This document shows, one piece after another, positions 8,800 to 17,910 of a stretch of 40,501 nt of DNA; within the stretch, counting starts at the first letter, position 1, and each line of letters opens with the position of its first letter. Position numbers and translations under genes: made by a program. The DNA comes from Tepidisphaerales bacterium. GTDB lineage: Bacteria > Planctomycetota > Phycisphaerae > Tepidisphaerales > Tepidisphaeraceae. Where the stretch lies: positions 1 to 40,501 of the forward strand of contig JBBSLV010000001.1 of NCBI GenBank assembly GCA_038233535.1, in the 5' to 3' direction. The notes under the pieces were generated by a model. The model was given only the letters and a program-made list of their open reading frames with translations, did not search any database and had not been told where the DNA came from.

Positions 8800-8895
8800 G
8801 ACTTCCGCGGCCCGGTGTTTGTCCCTGTTTTCATTCAATTAAATCGCACGGATTGAAAATGATAGAGTGGATCACTGCCCCGCAGGAGGTGACGC

Positions 8896-9132
8896 ATGTT
8901 GACGATTACCCTTCCACCGGAAGTCGAAAAACGTCTAAACGGAGAGGCGTCCCGTCAGGGATTGGCTGCGGAGGAGTACGTTCAAAAGCTCATCGTTGAA
9001 CACCTGCCGACAGGAAACGAGTTCGCTTCACTTGCGGAATTGTTCGCCGAGTGGGAGGCGGAGGAGGGCACGGATGATCCAACCGAAATCGTTCGTCGGA
9101 ATCAGGAGGTCGAAGAGTTTAAGAGGCGATGA
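8896..9132 (+). CDS. Small ribbon-helix-helix-like protein (antitoxin-like, no adjacent toxin)
   Basis: 78 aa. N-terminal LTITLPPEVEKRLNGEASRQGLAAEEYVQKLIVEHL fits a beta-strand plus two-helix RHH layout, with an acidic tail. AGGAGGTG lies 5 nt upstream of the ATG. Confidence 0.5.
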   Translation: MLTITLPPEVEKRLNGEASRQGLAAEEYVQKLIVEHLPTGNEFASLAELFAEWEAEEGTDDPTEIVRRNQEVEEFKRR

Positions 9133-9163
9133 ATCGCAACCGCAGGGAGATGGAGGAAGAACG

Positions 9164-10903
9164 ATGTCATCACCGCTTCGCCCATTGATTTCGGGTCTCG
9201 CATGCGTCGCGTTGCTCGCCGCCGCGCCGGTCGCGCGGGGGGAACCGTGGCGGTTCAAGGAAGAATTTCGTCCGCATCTCATTAAGGCCGTCCCCACGAT
9301 CCTCGCGCAGCAGGACAAGCAGACCGGCCGGTTCGGCACGGGCATCTGGATCGTCCGGGATCAGGAACTGATGTACCCGCTCGCTGCGGCCTGGAGCGTG
9401 AACCATCCCGACAACCCGCACTATCAAAGCAAGGAGCTTCTCGACGCGGTCATGGTGGCCGGGGATGCGCTGATCGAAGACCAGGACGCGAAGGGGATGT
9501 GGGTTTTCCGAAAGAAGGACGGGTCGACCTGGGGCGACATCTACATGCCCTGGACTTATTCGCGATGGATTCGCACGTTTGACCTGATCAAGGACGCCAT
9601 GCCGCCCCAGCGGCGAGTTCGGTGGGAGCGAGCGCTGACGCTCGGCTTCGAGGGCATCGCGCGACAGGAATTGAAGCACATTCACAACATCCCCGTGCAC
9701 CACGCGATGGCACTATATCACGCGGGCAAGGCGATGGATCAACCAAAGTGGTCGGAGCAGGCGACGGCGTTCATGAAGAAGGTGGTTCAGTCGCAGGATC
9801 CCGGCGGGTTCTGGTCCGAAGGCGAAGGCCCGGTCGTGGGGTACAACATTGTCTATGTCGATTCGATCGGCGTGTATTTCGCGCTGAGCGGCGACGAAAG
9901 CGTTCTCCCCGCGCTGAAGAAGGCTGCTGATTTCCATTCGAATTTCGTCTATCCCGACGGCACCGCCGTCGAGACCATCGATCAGCGCAACCCGTATCAC
10001 GCCGTCTCCCCGGTGCTGAACGTGGGATTCACGTTCACGCCGGCCGGTCGCGCTCATCTCCGCCGGCAGTGGGAGAAGGTCAAGGCCGGCGGCGAGGGCA
10101 TCAGCGCCGATGGCGCCGCTTCGATGTGGCTCTACGGTCGGGAAGGCGAGCAAGCCCCGCCCCCCGCCGACGGAGCAAGCTTTGTCATTGGCGATAACGA
10201 CGCGATGGTGAAGCGCCAGGGGCCGTGGTTTGCCTGTCTCTCGGCGTATACCGCGCCCGTCCCCACGTCGCGATGGATTCAGGATCGCCAGAACTTCCTC
10301 AGCCTCTACCACGACTCGGCCGGCGTTTTTCTCGGCGGGGGGAATACGAAGCTCCAGCCGCTGTGGAGCACGTTCACCGTCGGCGACGTGTCGCTGCTCA
10401 AGCACAAGCCGGGTGACGAGAACCCCACCTTCACCCCGCCGAAGGGAATCGTGCACGTGCCGACATCAGCGACGCTCGACCCGGAGACGGCGTCGCTGGT
10501 CCTCGACTACGACGGCGCCGCGTGCGCCGTGCAGGTCGATCTGTCGAATCCTGACGCGGCCCGCGTCACGTACAAGGTCATGACCACGCCCACGCGGCCC
10601 GTCGAAGCGCACGTCACGCTGTTGCCGCGCATGAAGACGGTCTGGCGGACCGCATCGGGCAAGTCCGGCAAGCTGACCGCCCAGCCGATCAACCTCGGCC
10701 CCGGGGAAGCGGGCGAGTGGATCGAGCACCACGGCGTTCGCGTCTTACTCCCGCCGCAGGCGCGCATCACTTGGCCCGTCCTCCCGCACAACCCCTACAC
10801 GAAAGACGGCCACGCCGACGCGAACGAAGGCAGGATCGTCATCACGCTCCCGTTCTCGCCGGACCTGCTCAAACACGAGCTGGTGATCGAGGTAGCAGAG
10901 TAG
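9164..10903 (+). CDS. Secreted protein of unknown function; possibly a polysaccharide lyase-like (alpha/alpha toroid plus beta-sandwich) enzyme
   Basis: Signal peptide MSSPLRPLISGLACVALLAAAPVARG; GGAGGAAGA upstream of ATG 9164 (track start 8996 rejected). The functional guess rests only on composition (W/H/Y-rich helical N-half) and the neighbouring uronate genes. Confidence 0.6.
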   Translation: MSSPLRPLISGLACVALLAAAPVARGEPWRFKEEFRPHLIKAVPTILAQQDKQTGRFGTGIWIVRDQELMYPLAAAWSVNHPDNPHYQSKELLDAVMVAGDALIEDQDAKGMWVFRKKDGSTWGDIYMPWTYSRWIRTFDLIKDAMPPQRRVRWERALTLGFEGIARQELKHIHNIPVHHAMALYHAGKAMDQPKWSEQATAFMKKVVQSQDPGGFWSEGEGPVVGYNIVYVDSIGVYFALSGDESVLPALKKAADFHSNFVYPDGTAVETIDQRNPYHAVSPVLNVGFTFTPAGRAHLRRQWEKVKAGGEGISADGAASMWLYGREGEQAPPPADGASFVIGDNDAMVKRQGPWFACLSAYTAPVPTSRWIQDRQNFLSLYHDSAGVFLGGGNTKLQPLWSTFTVGDVSLLKHKPGDENPTFTPPKGIVHVPTSATLDPETASLVLDYDGAACAVQVDLSNPDAARVTYKVMTTPTRPVEAHVTLLPRMKTVWRTASGKSGKLTAQPINLGPGEAGEWIEHHGVRVLLPPQARITWPVLPHNPYTKDGHADANEGRIVITLPFSPDLLKHELVIEVAE

Positions 10904-10932
10904 AGAGAGGCTGAGAGCGTGTGAACTTTTGT

Positions 10933-10993
10933 GTAGCATGGGTTTTCAACCCGTGCCTTTCGGGGCGGAAACACGGTTTAAAACCCGTGCTAC
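10933..10993. repeat. REP-like imperfect inverted repeat (gtagcatgggttttcaacccgtg ... cacggtttaaaacccgtgctac)
   Basis: Arms 10933-10955 and 10972-10993 pair with 2 mismatches and 1 indel. Each arm is itself nearly self-complementary. Confidence 0.85.
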
Positions 10994-11101
10994 GAAAGAA
11001 TTCACAACCTCTGAGCGTGACAGGTATCTTGCCCGTGCGGGCCACGCCGGCAGCGGCGAGAACCCATGTCGCGTTGCACTGGCGGAGGAGCATTTCATCC
11101 C

Positions 11102-12406
11102 ATGGCAGCACCATCACTCGGAAAACCCCAACCGCTCGGCACTTCCCCGAGCTTCGGGTTCGGCGACCGGTTGGGGTTGGCGACGCCCGGACACGTCGCG
11201 GCGCTGAAGCAGGCGGGTTCAGGCATCGAGCCGATGTTCGCCCAGCAGTCGATCCGCGAGATGACGCGTACCGGTCGCTCGGCGCATGAAGTCATGCAGG
11301 ACGCGCTCGCCGGCGCGGCCGAGGCCGGCTTCACCGGCCGGCAGGGCGCCGACGCCGATCACCTCAAGACCCCCGACGACGTCGACCGCACCGCCGATGC
11401 CGGGTTCGTGTTCTTCACCATCGACCCGTCCGACAACGTCGACGGTCGCGCTGACTCCTACGACGAGCGCACGCTTTCGGAAAAAGTGAAGGCGCTCGGC
11501 GACGACGCGAAGTGGGTCGCGGCCTTCAAGGGGCGCAAGATCGATCTGCCAAACGGCACGAAGCTCACCATTGACGATCAAGCCGTCGCCCGCGCATCGG
11601 TGAAGTACGCCAAGGCGGTGAACCGGGCCGTGGCGCTGGCGAAGCACATCGACAGCGTGATGCGCGGCAAAGGCGCCGCGTATGAGATCGAATTGAGCGT
11701 GGACGAAACCCCCCAGCCGACGACGCTGGCCGAGCATTTCATCGTGGCCGAGCGGTGCTTGTCGGAAGGGATGAACCTCGTCAGCCTCGCCCCGCGGTTC
11801 ATCGGCGACTTCGAAAAAGGCATCGATTTTAAGGGCAACCCTTCGATAGGCTCAGGACCAGCTCTCGCCGCGTTCGAGAAATCGTGCGCCGATCACGCCG
11901 CCATCGCGAGAATGCTCGGCCCGTACAAGCTCAGCCTGCACAGCGGGTCCGACAAGCTGGCGATCTACCCCGCGTTCGCCCGCGCGACGCAGGGGCTGTT
12001 CCACGTGAAGACGGCCGGCACGAGCTACCTGGAAGCGCTGCGCGCGATCCTGCGTCACGACGTGACGTTCTTCCGCCGGATCGTCGATTTCGCCCGCAGC
12101 CGGTACGAGGCCGACCGCGCCACGTACCACGTCTCCGCCACGCTTGATAACACGCCGCCGCCATCGGATCTGAATGATACGCAGCTCGAGCAGCGCTACC
12201 TCGAGCGCTGGCAGGACGTGAAGGGTCCGGTCGGCTTCACCGAACCCGGCCGGCAGATCCTGCACACGACGTTCGGCTCGGTCCTCAAGGAGGAACAGCT
12301 CCGCGGCCCCTTCTTCCAGATACTGCGCGAGCACCCACAGACGTATAAAGAAGTCCTGACCGACCACTTCGCGCGACACCTGAAGTCGCTGCGGTCGGGG
12401 ATGTAA
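11102..12406 (+). CDS. uxaE: Tagaturonate/fructuronate epimerase-like protein (UxaE family)
   Basis: SFGFGDRLGLATPGHV, FAQQSIREMTRTGRS and GADADHLKT match my memory of UxaE-family conserved blocks. Start at ATG 11102, 12 nt downstream of GGAGGAG; 11066 is also possible. Confidence 0.55.
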   Translation: MAAPSLGKPQPLGTSPSFGFGDRLGLATPGHVAALKQAGSGIEPMFAQQSIREMTRTGRSAHEVMQDALAGAAEAGFTGRQGADADHLKTPDDVDRTADAGFVFFTIDPSDNVDGRADSYDERTLSEKVKALGDDAKWVAAFKGRKIDLPNGTKLTIDDQAVARASVKYAKAVNRAVALAKHIDSVMRGKGAAYEIELSVDETPQPTTLAEHFIVAERCLSEGMNLVSLAPRFIGDFEKGIDFKGNPSIGSGPALAAFEKSCADHAAIARMLGPYKLSLHSGSDKLAIYPAFARATQGLFHVKTAGTSYLEALRAILRHDVTFFRRIVDFARSRYEADRATYHVSATLDNTPPPSDLNDTQLEQRYLERWQDVKGPVGFTEPGRQILHTTFGSVLKEEQLRGPFFQILREHPQTYKEVLTDHFARHLKSLRSGM

Positions 12407-12421
12407 GCACGAAAGCGATGG

Positions 12422-12500
12422 AACCGCAGATGAACACAGATGAACGCAGATAAAAATTGAAGTGGTTTTCATCTGTGTTCATCTGTGTTCATCTGCGGTT
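12422..12500. repeat. Long hairpin of tandem GATGAAC(A/G)CA 10-mers (29/30 bp paired, 19-nt loop)
   Basis: 12422-12451 pairs with 12471-12500. It lies between two co-directional genes. Confidence 0.92.
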
Positions 12501-12530
12501 AATCCATCTTTGAATTGATCGGAGACAACA

Positions 12531-13847
12531 ATGTCCGACGCTTTGCAAGCCAGTGCGATTTTCGCGGCGGTCGAGCGCGCGATGCGCGGTCAGCCCATCA
12601 TCGACATGCACACGCACCTGTACCCGCCGACGTTTGGGACGCCGGATCCCAACACGGGTGGGAAGATCGACGCGAGCGGCATGTTGCTGTGGGGGAGCGA
12701 TGAATTGCTCACGTATCATTATCTCGTCGCCGAGGTCTATCGCGTCGTCCCGGCGAGCAGGCTGCCCTACGCCGAGTTCTGGAAGATGAGCAAGCCCCAG
12801 CAGGCGGACCACATCTGGAAACACCTGTTCCAGGAGCGCAGCCCCATCTCCGAAGCATGTCGCGGCGTGCTCACGACGATCCAGAAACTTGGCCTGGACC
12901 CAACCGACACGCCCGAAAGCTGGCGGAACCATTTCGCGCAGCAGGACGCGAGCGCGCACATCGACACCGTGATGCGAATTGCGAACGTGACGTCGATCAC
13001 GATGACCAACGCGGTGTTCGACGACAACGAACGGAACCGGTGGCTGGCCAACAAGAACGTCGGCAGCGATCCGCGGTTCACCGCCGTGCTGCGCATCGAC
13101 CCAATCCTGCGCGACTACCCGATGGCCGCGAAGAAAATGTCGGAGTGGGGCTACAACGTGCAGCCGGAGATCGGCCAGCCATCGATCGAGGAGGCCCGCC
13201 GGTTCCTGCGCGACTGGCTCGACCGCACACAAGGCATTTACGTCGCCGTCAGCCTGCCGCCGGAATTCCGCTACCCCGCGGAAGGTTCCGACCCTGTCGC
13301 CGGCGCGGGACAGACGATGCTCGATCAGGTCGTCCTCCCCGTCTGCGCCGAGCGCGGATTGCCGTTCGCGATGATGATCGGCAGCCGTCTGAAGGTGAAC
13401 CCAGAACTGCGCGACGGCGGCGACGCCGAAGCCAAAGCCGACATCGTCTCGCTCCAGAACCTCTGCCGGCAATTCCCGAAGAACAAATTCTTCGTCACCA
13501 TGCTCGCCCGCGAGAACCAGCACGAATTGGCGGTGACGGCGCGGAAATTCGGCAACCTGATGGTGTTCGGCTGCTGGTGGTTCCTGAACAACCCCAGCCT
13601 GATCGACGAGATCACGCGCATGCGCATGGAGCTTCTGGGCACGAGCTTCATCCCGCAGCATTCGGATGCGCGCGTGCTCGACCAGCTCATCTACAAGTGG
13701 GAGCACAGCCGACAGCTCATCGGAAAGGTGCTGGCCGATAAGTACGCGGACCTCCACAGCGCCGGCTGGCCCATCACGACGAAGGCCATCGAGCGCGACG
13801 TGAAGCTACTCGTGCATGATAACTTCATCAACTTCTTGAAGATTTAG
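12531..13847 (+). CDS. Amidohydrolase-fold protein, uronate-isomerase-like
   Basis: The metal-binding start PIIDMHTHLYPP is typical of the amidohydrolase superfamily. The 438-aa length and position beside a UxaE-like gene suggest a divergent uronate isomerase. GGAGA lies 5 nt upstream of the ATG. Confidence 0.5.
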   Translation: MSDALQASAIFAAVERAMRGQPIIDMHTHLYPPTFGTPDPNTGGKIDASGMLLWGSDELLTYHYLVAEVYRVVPASRLPYAEFWKMSKPQQADHIWKHLFQERSPISEACRGVLTTIQKLGLDPTDTPESWRNHFAQQDASAHIDTVMRIANVTSITMTNAVFDDNERNRWLANKNVGSDPRFTAVLRIDPILRDYPMAAKKMSEWGYNVQPEIGQPSIEEARRFLRDWLDRTQGIYVAVSLPPEFRYPAEGSDPVAGAGQTMLDQVVLPVCAERGLPFAMMIGSRLKVNPELRDGGDAEAKADIVSLQNLCRQFPKNKFFVTMLARENQHELAVTARKFGNLMVFGCWWFLNNPSLIDEITRMRMELLGTSFIPQHSDARVLDQLIYKWEHSRQLIGKVLADKYADLHSAGWPITTKAIERDVKLLVHDNFINFLKI

Positions 13848-13874
13848 AAGACAGGACTTGAACACCCATTCTCC

Positions 13875-15398
13875 ATGTCGATGAATTTCTTCGAATTTCG
13901 CGAAAAGCTGACGGCGCGGCGCGATGAGGCGCCCGCCCCCGCACCGATGGAAGCGGCGCACGGGTCGCCGGCGCCCACGCCGCTTAGCGTCACGCAGCTC
14001 ACCGCGCAGATCGACCGCGCGATCAAATCCGGCGTTCCCGGCAGCGTGCTCGTGAAGGGCGAGGTCAGCAACTTCAAGGAGCACCGCGGCTCCGGGCACC
14101 TGTACTTCACGTTGAAGGACGCATCGTCGTGCCTTGCGTGCGTGATGTGGAAGAGCGATGCCGAGCGGGTGAAGTTCGATGTGCGCGATGGGATGGAGCT
14201 CCTCGCCACCGGGCGCGTGGCGGTCTACGCGACGCAGGGGAAGTACCAACTGTACGTCACGCGGCTTCAGCCGCTGGGGCAGGGGGCGCTGGAGCTGGCG
14301 TTCAGGCAACTGCACGCGCGACTCGAAGCGGAAGGGCTTTTCGCGCTCGAGCGGAAAAGGCCGCTGCCGACGTACCCGTCGCGCATTGCCCTCGTCACCG
14401 GCCGGGGGACGGCGGCGATTCAGGACATGCTCAAGGTGCTCGGGCGCTACCCGTGGGTGCGGCTGTGCATCGTGAATGTCCCCGTCCAGGGCGACGGCGC
14501 TGCCGAGAAGATCGCCGACGCCCTCATGCGCCTCAGCCGGACCGGCGCGCGCTGCGGCAGCGTCCACGTCATCCTCCTCGGTCGCGGCGGGGGGTCGCTG
14601 GAGGATTTGTGGGCGTTCAATGAGGAAATTGTCGCCCGCGCGATCGCTGCGTCGCGCATTCCCGTCATCACCGGCATCGGCCATGAGGTCGACACGTCGA
14701 TTGCCGACCTGGTCGCCGATTATCACGCGCATACACCCACGGAAGCGGCGCAGGTCGCGGTGATGCACTGGCGGAAGGCGGGCGCCGACATCGAAGCGCA
14801 CGCAGGGCGGCTGCACCGGTCGGTGCGCGGGCTGGTGCACGACGCCCGGCGGCGGCTGGCGATGGTCGAGCGGCACGAAACGTTCCGCCGGCCGCGCGAT
14901 CGGGTGGACCAATTGCGGCAACTGCTCGACGACCGCCAGCGCTCGTTGCAGGCCGCCGCCGAAGGATTGGTGCAGCGCCTCCGGCAGCGCCTCGCGACGA
15001 CCGAGCAGGGGCTGGCGGTCGCCGGCAATGAGCGGCTGCGCCGGGACCGGGAAAAGCTCGCGCGGATGACCGTCGCGCTCAGCGAGCGTCACCCCCGGCA
15101 CGCCGCCGGTCTCGCCAGGGCGCACGTCGCGGCGCTGGATGCGCGGCTGAGCGCCGTCATGTCCAACAGCCTCAAGCGGCAGACGCTGAAAATCGACCTG
15201 CTCGCGCGACACCTCATCGCCGTCGGTCCCGAACAAGTCCTCCAGCGCGGCTACTCGATCACAACGCTGAAAAAAGGCCGAAAGGTCGTGCGTTCGGCTG
15301 ACCAGGTGCAACCCGGCGACCGGCTCGTCACGCGGCTTGCCGACGGGAAGATCGAATCGACGGCCGAGGATCAGAACCAGCCCGGTCTGTTCGAGTAA
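13875..15398 (+). CDS. xseA: Exodeoxyribonuclease VII large subunit
   Basis: OB-fold start LSVTQLTAQIDRAIKSGVPGSVLVKGEVSNFKEHRGSGHLYFTLKD, catalytic region ITGIGHEVDTSIADLVAD, long helical C-terminus. Confidence 0.9.
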   Translation: MSMNFFEFREKLTARRDEAPAPAPMEAAHGSPAPTPLSVTQLTAQIDRAIKSGVPGSVLVKGEVSNFKEHRGSGHLYFTLKDASSCLACVMWKSDAERVKFDVRDGMELLATGRVAVYATQGKYQLYVTRLQPLGQGALELAFRQLHARLEAEGLFALERKRPLPTYPSRIALVTGRGTAAIQDMLKVLGRYPWVRLCIVNVPVQGDGAAEKIADALMRLSRTGARCGSVHVILLGRGGGSLEDLWAFNEEIVARAIAASRIPVITGIGHEVDTSIADLVADYHAHTPTEAAQVAVMHWRKAGADIEAHAGRLHRSVRGLVHDARRRLAMVERHETFRRPRDRVDQLRQLLDDRQRSLQAAAEGLVQRLRQRLATTEQGLAVAGNERLRRDREKLARMTVALSERHPRHAAGLARAHVAALDARLSAVMSNSLKRQTLKIDLLARHLIAVGPEQVLQRGYSITTLKKGRKVVRSADQVQPGDRLVTRLADGKIESTAEDQNQPGLFE

Positions 15399-15440
15399 AG
15401 GCCAGGCAACTCGGCGGGCGGGGGCCACGGGGCATGCGGG

Positions 15441-16034
15441 TCACGCGGTGGCGGGGTCAGGCTGGCCCGGCACCGCGCCGCACTCCGGGCACTGCTCGGG
15501 GCTGGCGCGGAGGTCGTATCCGCAGTGGAGACACCGACCTTCCCGCGCGCGCCGCATTTTCCGAAGCCGATGTACGAGCCACACTGCCGGCGGCAAGCCC
15601 GTTAGCAGCGTCGGCAGCCAGTACGGCACGCGCAGCGTCAGCAGGTTCAAGTGGAGGACTTCCGGGCCGCTGAAGCTGCCCATCGGCGCCAAGTTGCGCC
15701 GCCTGTCGAACTCGAACCAGTGGCTGCGGGCGAACGGCTCACCCGGGTTCCGTTGTCCCGGCATGTGGACCTCGTGGTACCGCTTGCCCGCCGGCTGCAC
15801 GAAATTGTCGGCCCACCGTGGTGTGTTCACGAGGGCGCCGTACTCGATGAGCAGCACCCCGCCGTTTCTCGACGTCACCGTGCGGTTTCGCCAGTACCAG
15901 TGCGCGCCTTGGCGCGGCATGACCGTGTCGAAGAGGACGTCGATGCGAACGTAGCTGCGGACCCAGAGGAAGACCGTCACCGCGCAGCAGATCAACAGGA
16001 GCAGCATGGCCGCAGTCGTGAGGGAACGTCGCAT
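15441..16034 (-). CDS. Membrane protein with C-terminal zinc-ribbon (CxxC...CxxC)
   Basis: N-terminal TM AAMLLLLICCAVTVFLWV, second TM PTLLTGLPPAVWLV, then CLHCGYDLRASPEQCPECG. Confidence 0.65.
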   Translation of the reverse strand: MRRSLTTAAMLLLLICCAVTVFLWVRSYVRIDVLFDTVMPRQGAHWYWRNRTVTSRNGGVLLIEYGALVNTPRWADNFVQPAGKRYHEVHMPGQRNPGEPFARSHWFEFDRRRNLAPMGSFSGPEVLHLNLLTLRVPYWLPTLLTGLPPAVWLVHRLRKMRRAREGRCLHCGYDLRASPEQCPECGAVPGQPDPATA

Positions 16035-16113
16035 CGTGTCCCATGCTACCGAACTCCACGGCCGGCCGCATGACGTTTGCCTTCATGCCATGTAGAGCTT
16101 CTAGAAATCCGGG

Positions 16114-16266
16114 GGGAGCCACAGAGGCACAGAGACACAGAGGCCCGCTCGTGATTGCGACGCGTTGTTTCAGAACGTCGTCCTATGCCGAGTTAAGATG
16201 GGCCACTCTCTGTGAGTGGCGCGGCACGTCGAGCACGCCTCTGTGCCTCTGTGGCTCCCTGTTTTT
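16114..16266 (+). other. Long-range hairpin (21-bp perfect stem of CACAGAG repeats, 104-nt interior) followed by a T-run; candidate structured RNA or orphan terminator
   Basis: 16114-16134 (gggagccacagaggcacagag) is the exact reverse complement of 16239-16259, followed by tgttttt. The interior holds smaller hairpins (gccactc/gagtggc). No plus-strand CDS lies upstream. Confidence 0.5.
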
Positions 16267-16289
16267 AAAAGCTGTTAGCGCGGCGCCGG

Positions 16290-16457
16290 CGCCTGCGATT
16301 GTGGACCGTTGCGCTTCGATCACGAACGGCTGCGCTTCAATCGTGAACCGTTCCGCTTCAATCGTGAACCGTTCCGCTTCGATCGCAAACCGTTGCGCTT
16401 CGATCGCGAACGGTTGCGCAGTGATCGCGAAGCGCTGCACTTCACTCGCGAACGCAG
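16290..16457. repeat. Head-to-tail array of about 8 copies of a 21-bp unit (consensus GCGCTTCGATCGCGAACCGTT)
   Basis: Units read at 16290, 16311, 16332, 16353, 16374, 16395, 16416 and 16437. 16353-16373 differs from 16332-16352 at one base. There are no spacers. Confidence 0.9.
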
Positions 16458-16625
16458 CATCAGCAGCGATGAATCGCCCGCCGTTGAAGACGCGCGATGC
16501 GCGTTCAAGGATGCGCGAAGGATCTATCACGTTGCACGAGGGCGGATTGAAGCGCGACGGGTTCCCATCGAAGTTGCACGTTGCCGGTTCGAAGATGCGC
16601 GTTGCGCGAGTGAAAATCACCCGTT
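16458..16625. repeat. Degenerate continuation of the roughly 21-bp periodicity, with the TCGAAG/TTGAAG core on the opposite strand
   Basis: T(T/C)(G/C)AAG-like cores at 16484, 16504, 16547, 16567, 16588 and 16610, spaced 20-22 nt apart (one gap of 43 nt). Confidence 0.5.
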
Positions 16626-16977
16626 GGCACGGGAGCGGGAACGCCGGACGTCGAAGGGAGAGGTGAGGACGTCGGGGGGTGACGCGCCGCCGCGCGGAGA
16701 GGGAGGTGGGGCACGTCGGGGTGATCGTCGACCACGCGAGCGGACGGCGCGGACGGCAGAGGGGGACGTTTCGGCACGCGCGTGGCAGGGCGGGACGCTC
16801 GAGCGTCCTGCCGGTAATCGGACTCCGCGGTTCAAGCGAGTGGCGATTTCTTGTCGATGAAGCGGGGTAGGCGGGTGGCTGCGCCGGTGGCGCGGCGGGC
16901 GGCTGCGGGTGGGGGCGCCCTGCGCGTTGAACGATCGATCCGGGCTGGGTGCGCGCCCGATAACCTGGAGTCACATC

Positions 16978-17904
16978 ATGGGCAATCGGTTCATTCCCGA
17001 CGGGGATTCGGCCTTCGAGAGCATGGCGCGGGGGTTCGCGACGACGATCGCGAAGGACCCGGAGAAGTACACGCTCAACGCGCACGATGCGGAGATGCTG
17101 ACCCGCGCCGTGCGGACGTTCGAGGACGCGCGCAAGCAGACGGCGCGCGGCACCCGCACGATCGCCGCGGTGCGCGGGAAGGACGACGCGCGCAAGCGGG
17201 CCGAGGAGATGGTCCGCCGTCTCGGGCGGATCATCCGCGCCAGCGACCAGATCAGCGAACCGGACAAACTGGCCGTCTTCATCCACCCGCGCGACCCCCG
17301 GCCGACGCGGCGCACGGTGCCTCTGACGCCCCCCGTGCTGCACTACATGGGTGCGGAGAACGACGCCGGGTACGGCGGGGCGGGAATGCACGTGATCCAC
17401 TTCAGCGAGTCGCCCGACATCAAGGGGCGGAAGAAGCCGCACGGGGCGGTGCGAATCGAGCTGTTCGTAGACCTGGTGCCGGACGGTCAGCCGATCCCGC
17501 GATTTCCGGGTCAGCACCTTGGGGGGCGGCCGTGGTATCTGCGGTCGTTCACGTCGAGCCCGATCCGCGTGGCGCCGCCGATCCCGCCGGTGTCAATGAT
17601 GGTGGTGTACTGGGCGCGCTGGGCGGACGCGAAGGGGAACGTCGGACCGTTCTCGTCCACACTCCGCGCCCGCGCCGAAGGCTGGGGCGGCGTCGCCGCC
17701 ATGCCGCTGCTCGGGCCGATGCCCCAGGTGAAGCAGCTGGCGAACGACCCGAAGTACATCACGACGATCACGCAACTGCGGCAGTTCGAGCAGGTGAAGG
17801 TCGAGCGAATGTTGCCGGATGCGCGCGAGGGCGGCGATGCGACGCGAGAATTGGAAAGTGCGCCGGCGGCACCGAAGCAACTGCCGCTGATCGACGCGGC
17901 GTAG
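16978..17904 (+). CDS. Hypothetical protein (308 aa), no recognisable domain
   Basis: Balanced amino-acid composition (K/D/E/F/Y), unlike the R/P/A-rich antisense ORF 16183..17517. The in-frame ATG 16978 follows CTGGAG. Ends 6 nt from the convergent lptD stop. Confidence 0.7.
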   Translation: MGNRFIPDGDSAFESMARGFATTIAKDPEKYTLNAHDAEMLTRAVRTFEDARKQTARGTRTIAAVRGKDDARKRAEEMVRRLGRIIRASDQISEPDKLAVFIHPRDPRPTRRTVPLTPPVLHYMGAENDAGYGGAGMHVIHFSESPDIKGRKKPHGAVRIELFVDLVPDGQPIPRFPGQHLGGRPWYLRSFTSSPIRVAPPIPPVSMMVVYWARWADAKGNVGPFSSTLRARAEGWGGVAAMPLLGPMPQVKQLANDPKYITTITQLRQFEQVKVERMLPDAREGGDATRELESAPAAPKQLPLIDAA

Positions 17905-17910
17905 ATACGC

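Noticed and set aside
16290-16457. The 21-bp arrays at 16290-16457 and 30575-30650 as CRISPR arrays.
   Set aside because: The units are directly adjacent with no unique spacers, the units are shorter than typical CRISPR repeats, and there are no cas genes in the window.
16290-16625. The phased repeat array as a chromosomal origin (oriC).
   Set aside because: No TTATCCACA-like DnaA boxes, no AT-rich unwinding element, and no dnaA, dnaN or gid genes nearby.
16043-16860. Track ORFs 16043..16666 and 16309..16860 (heptad-repeat proteins such as RCASIAN x n or RFDRERL x n).
   Set aside because: All six frames are open across the tandem repeat, so openness carries no information. The translations outside the repeat are R/G-rich nonsense, and no start or SD context was seen.
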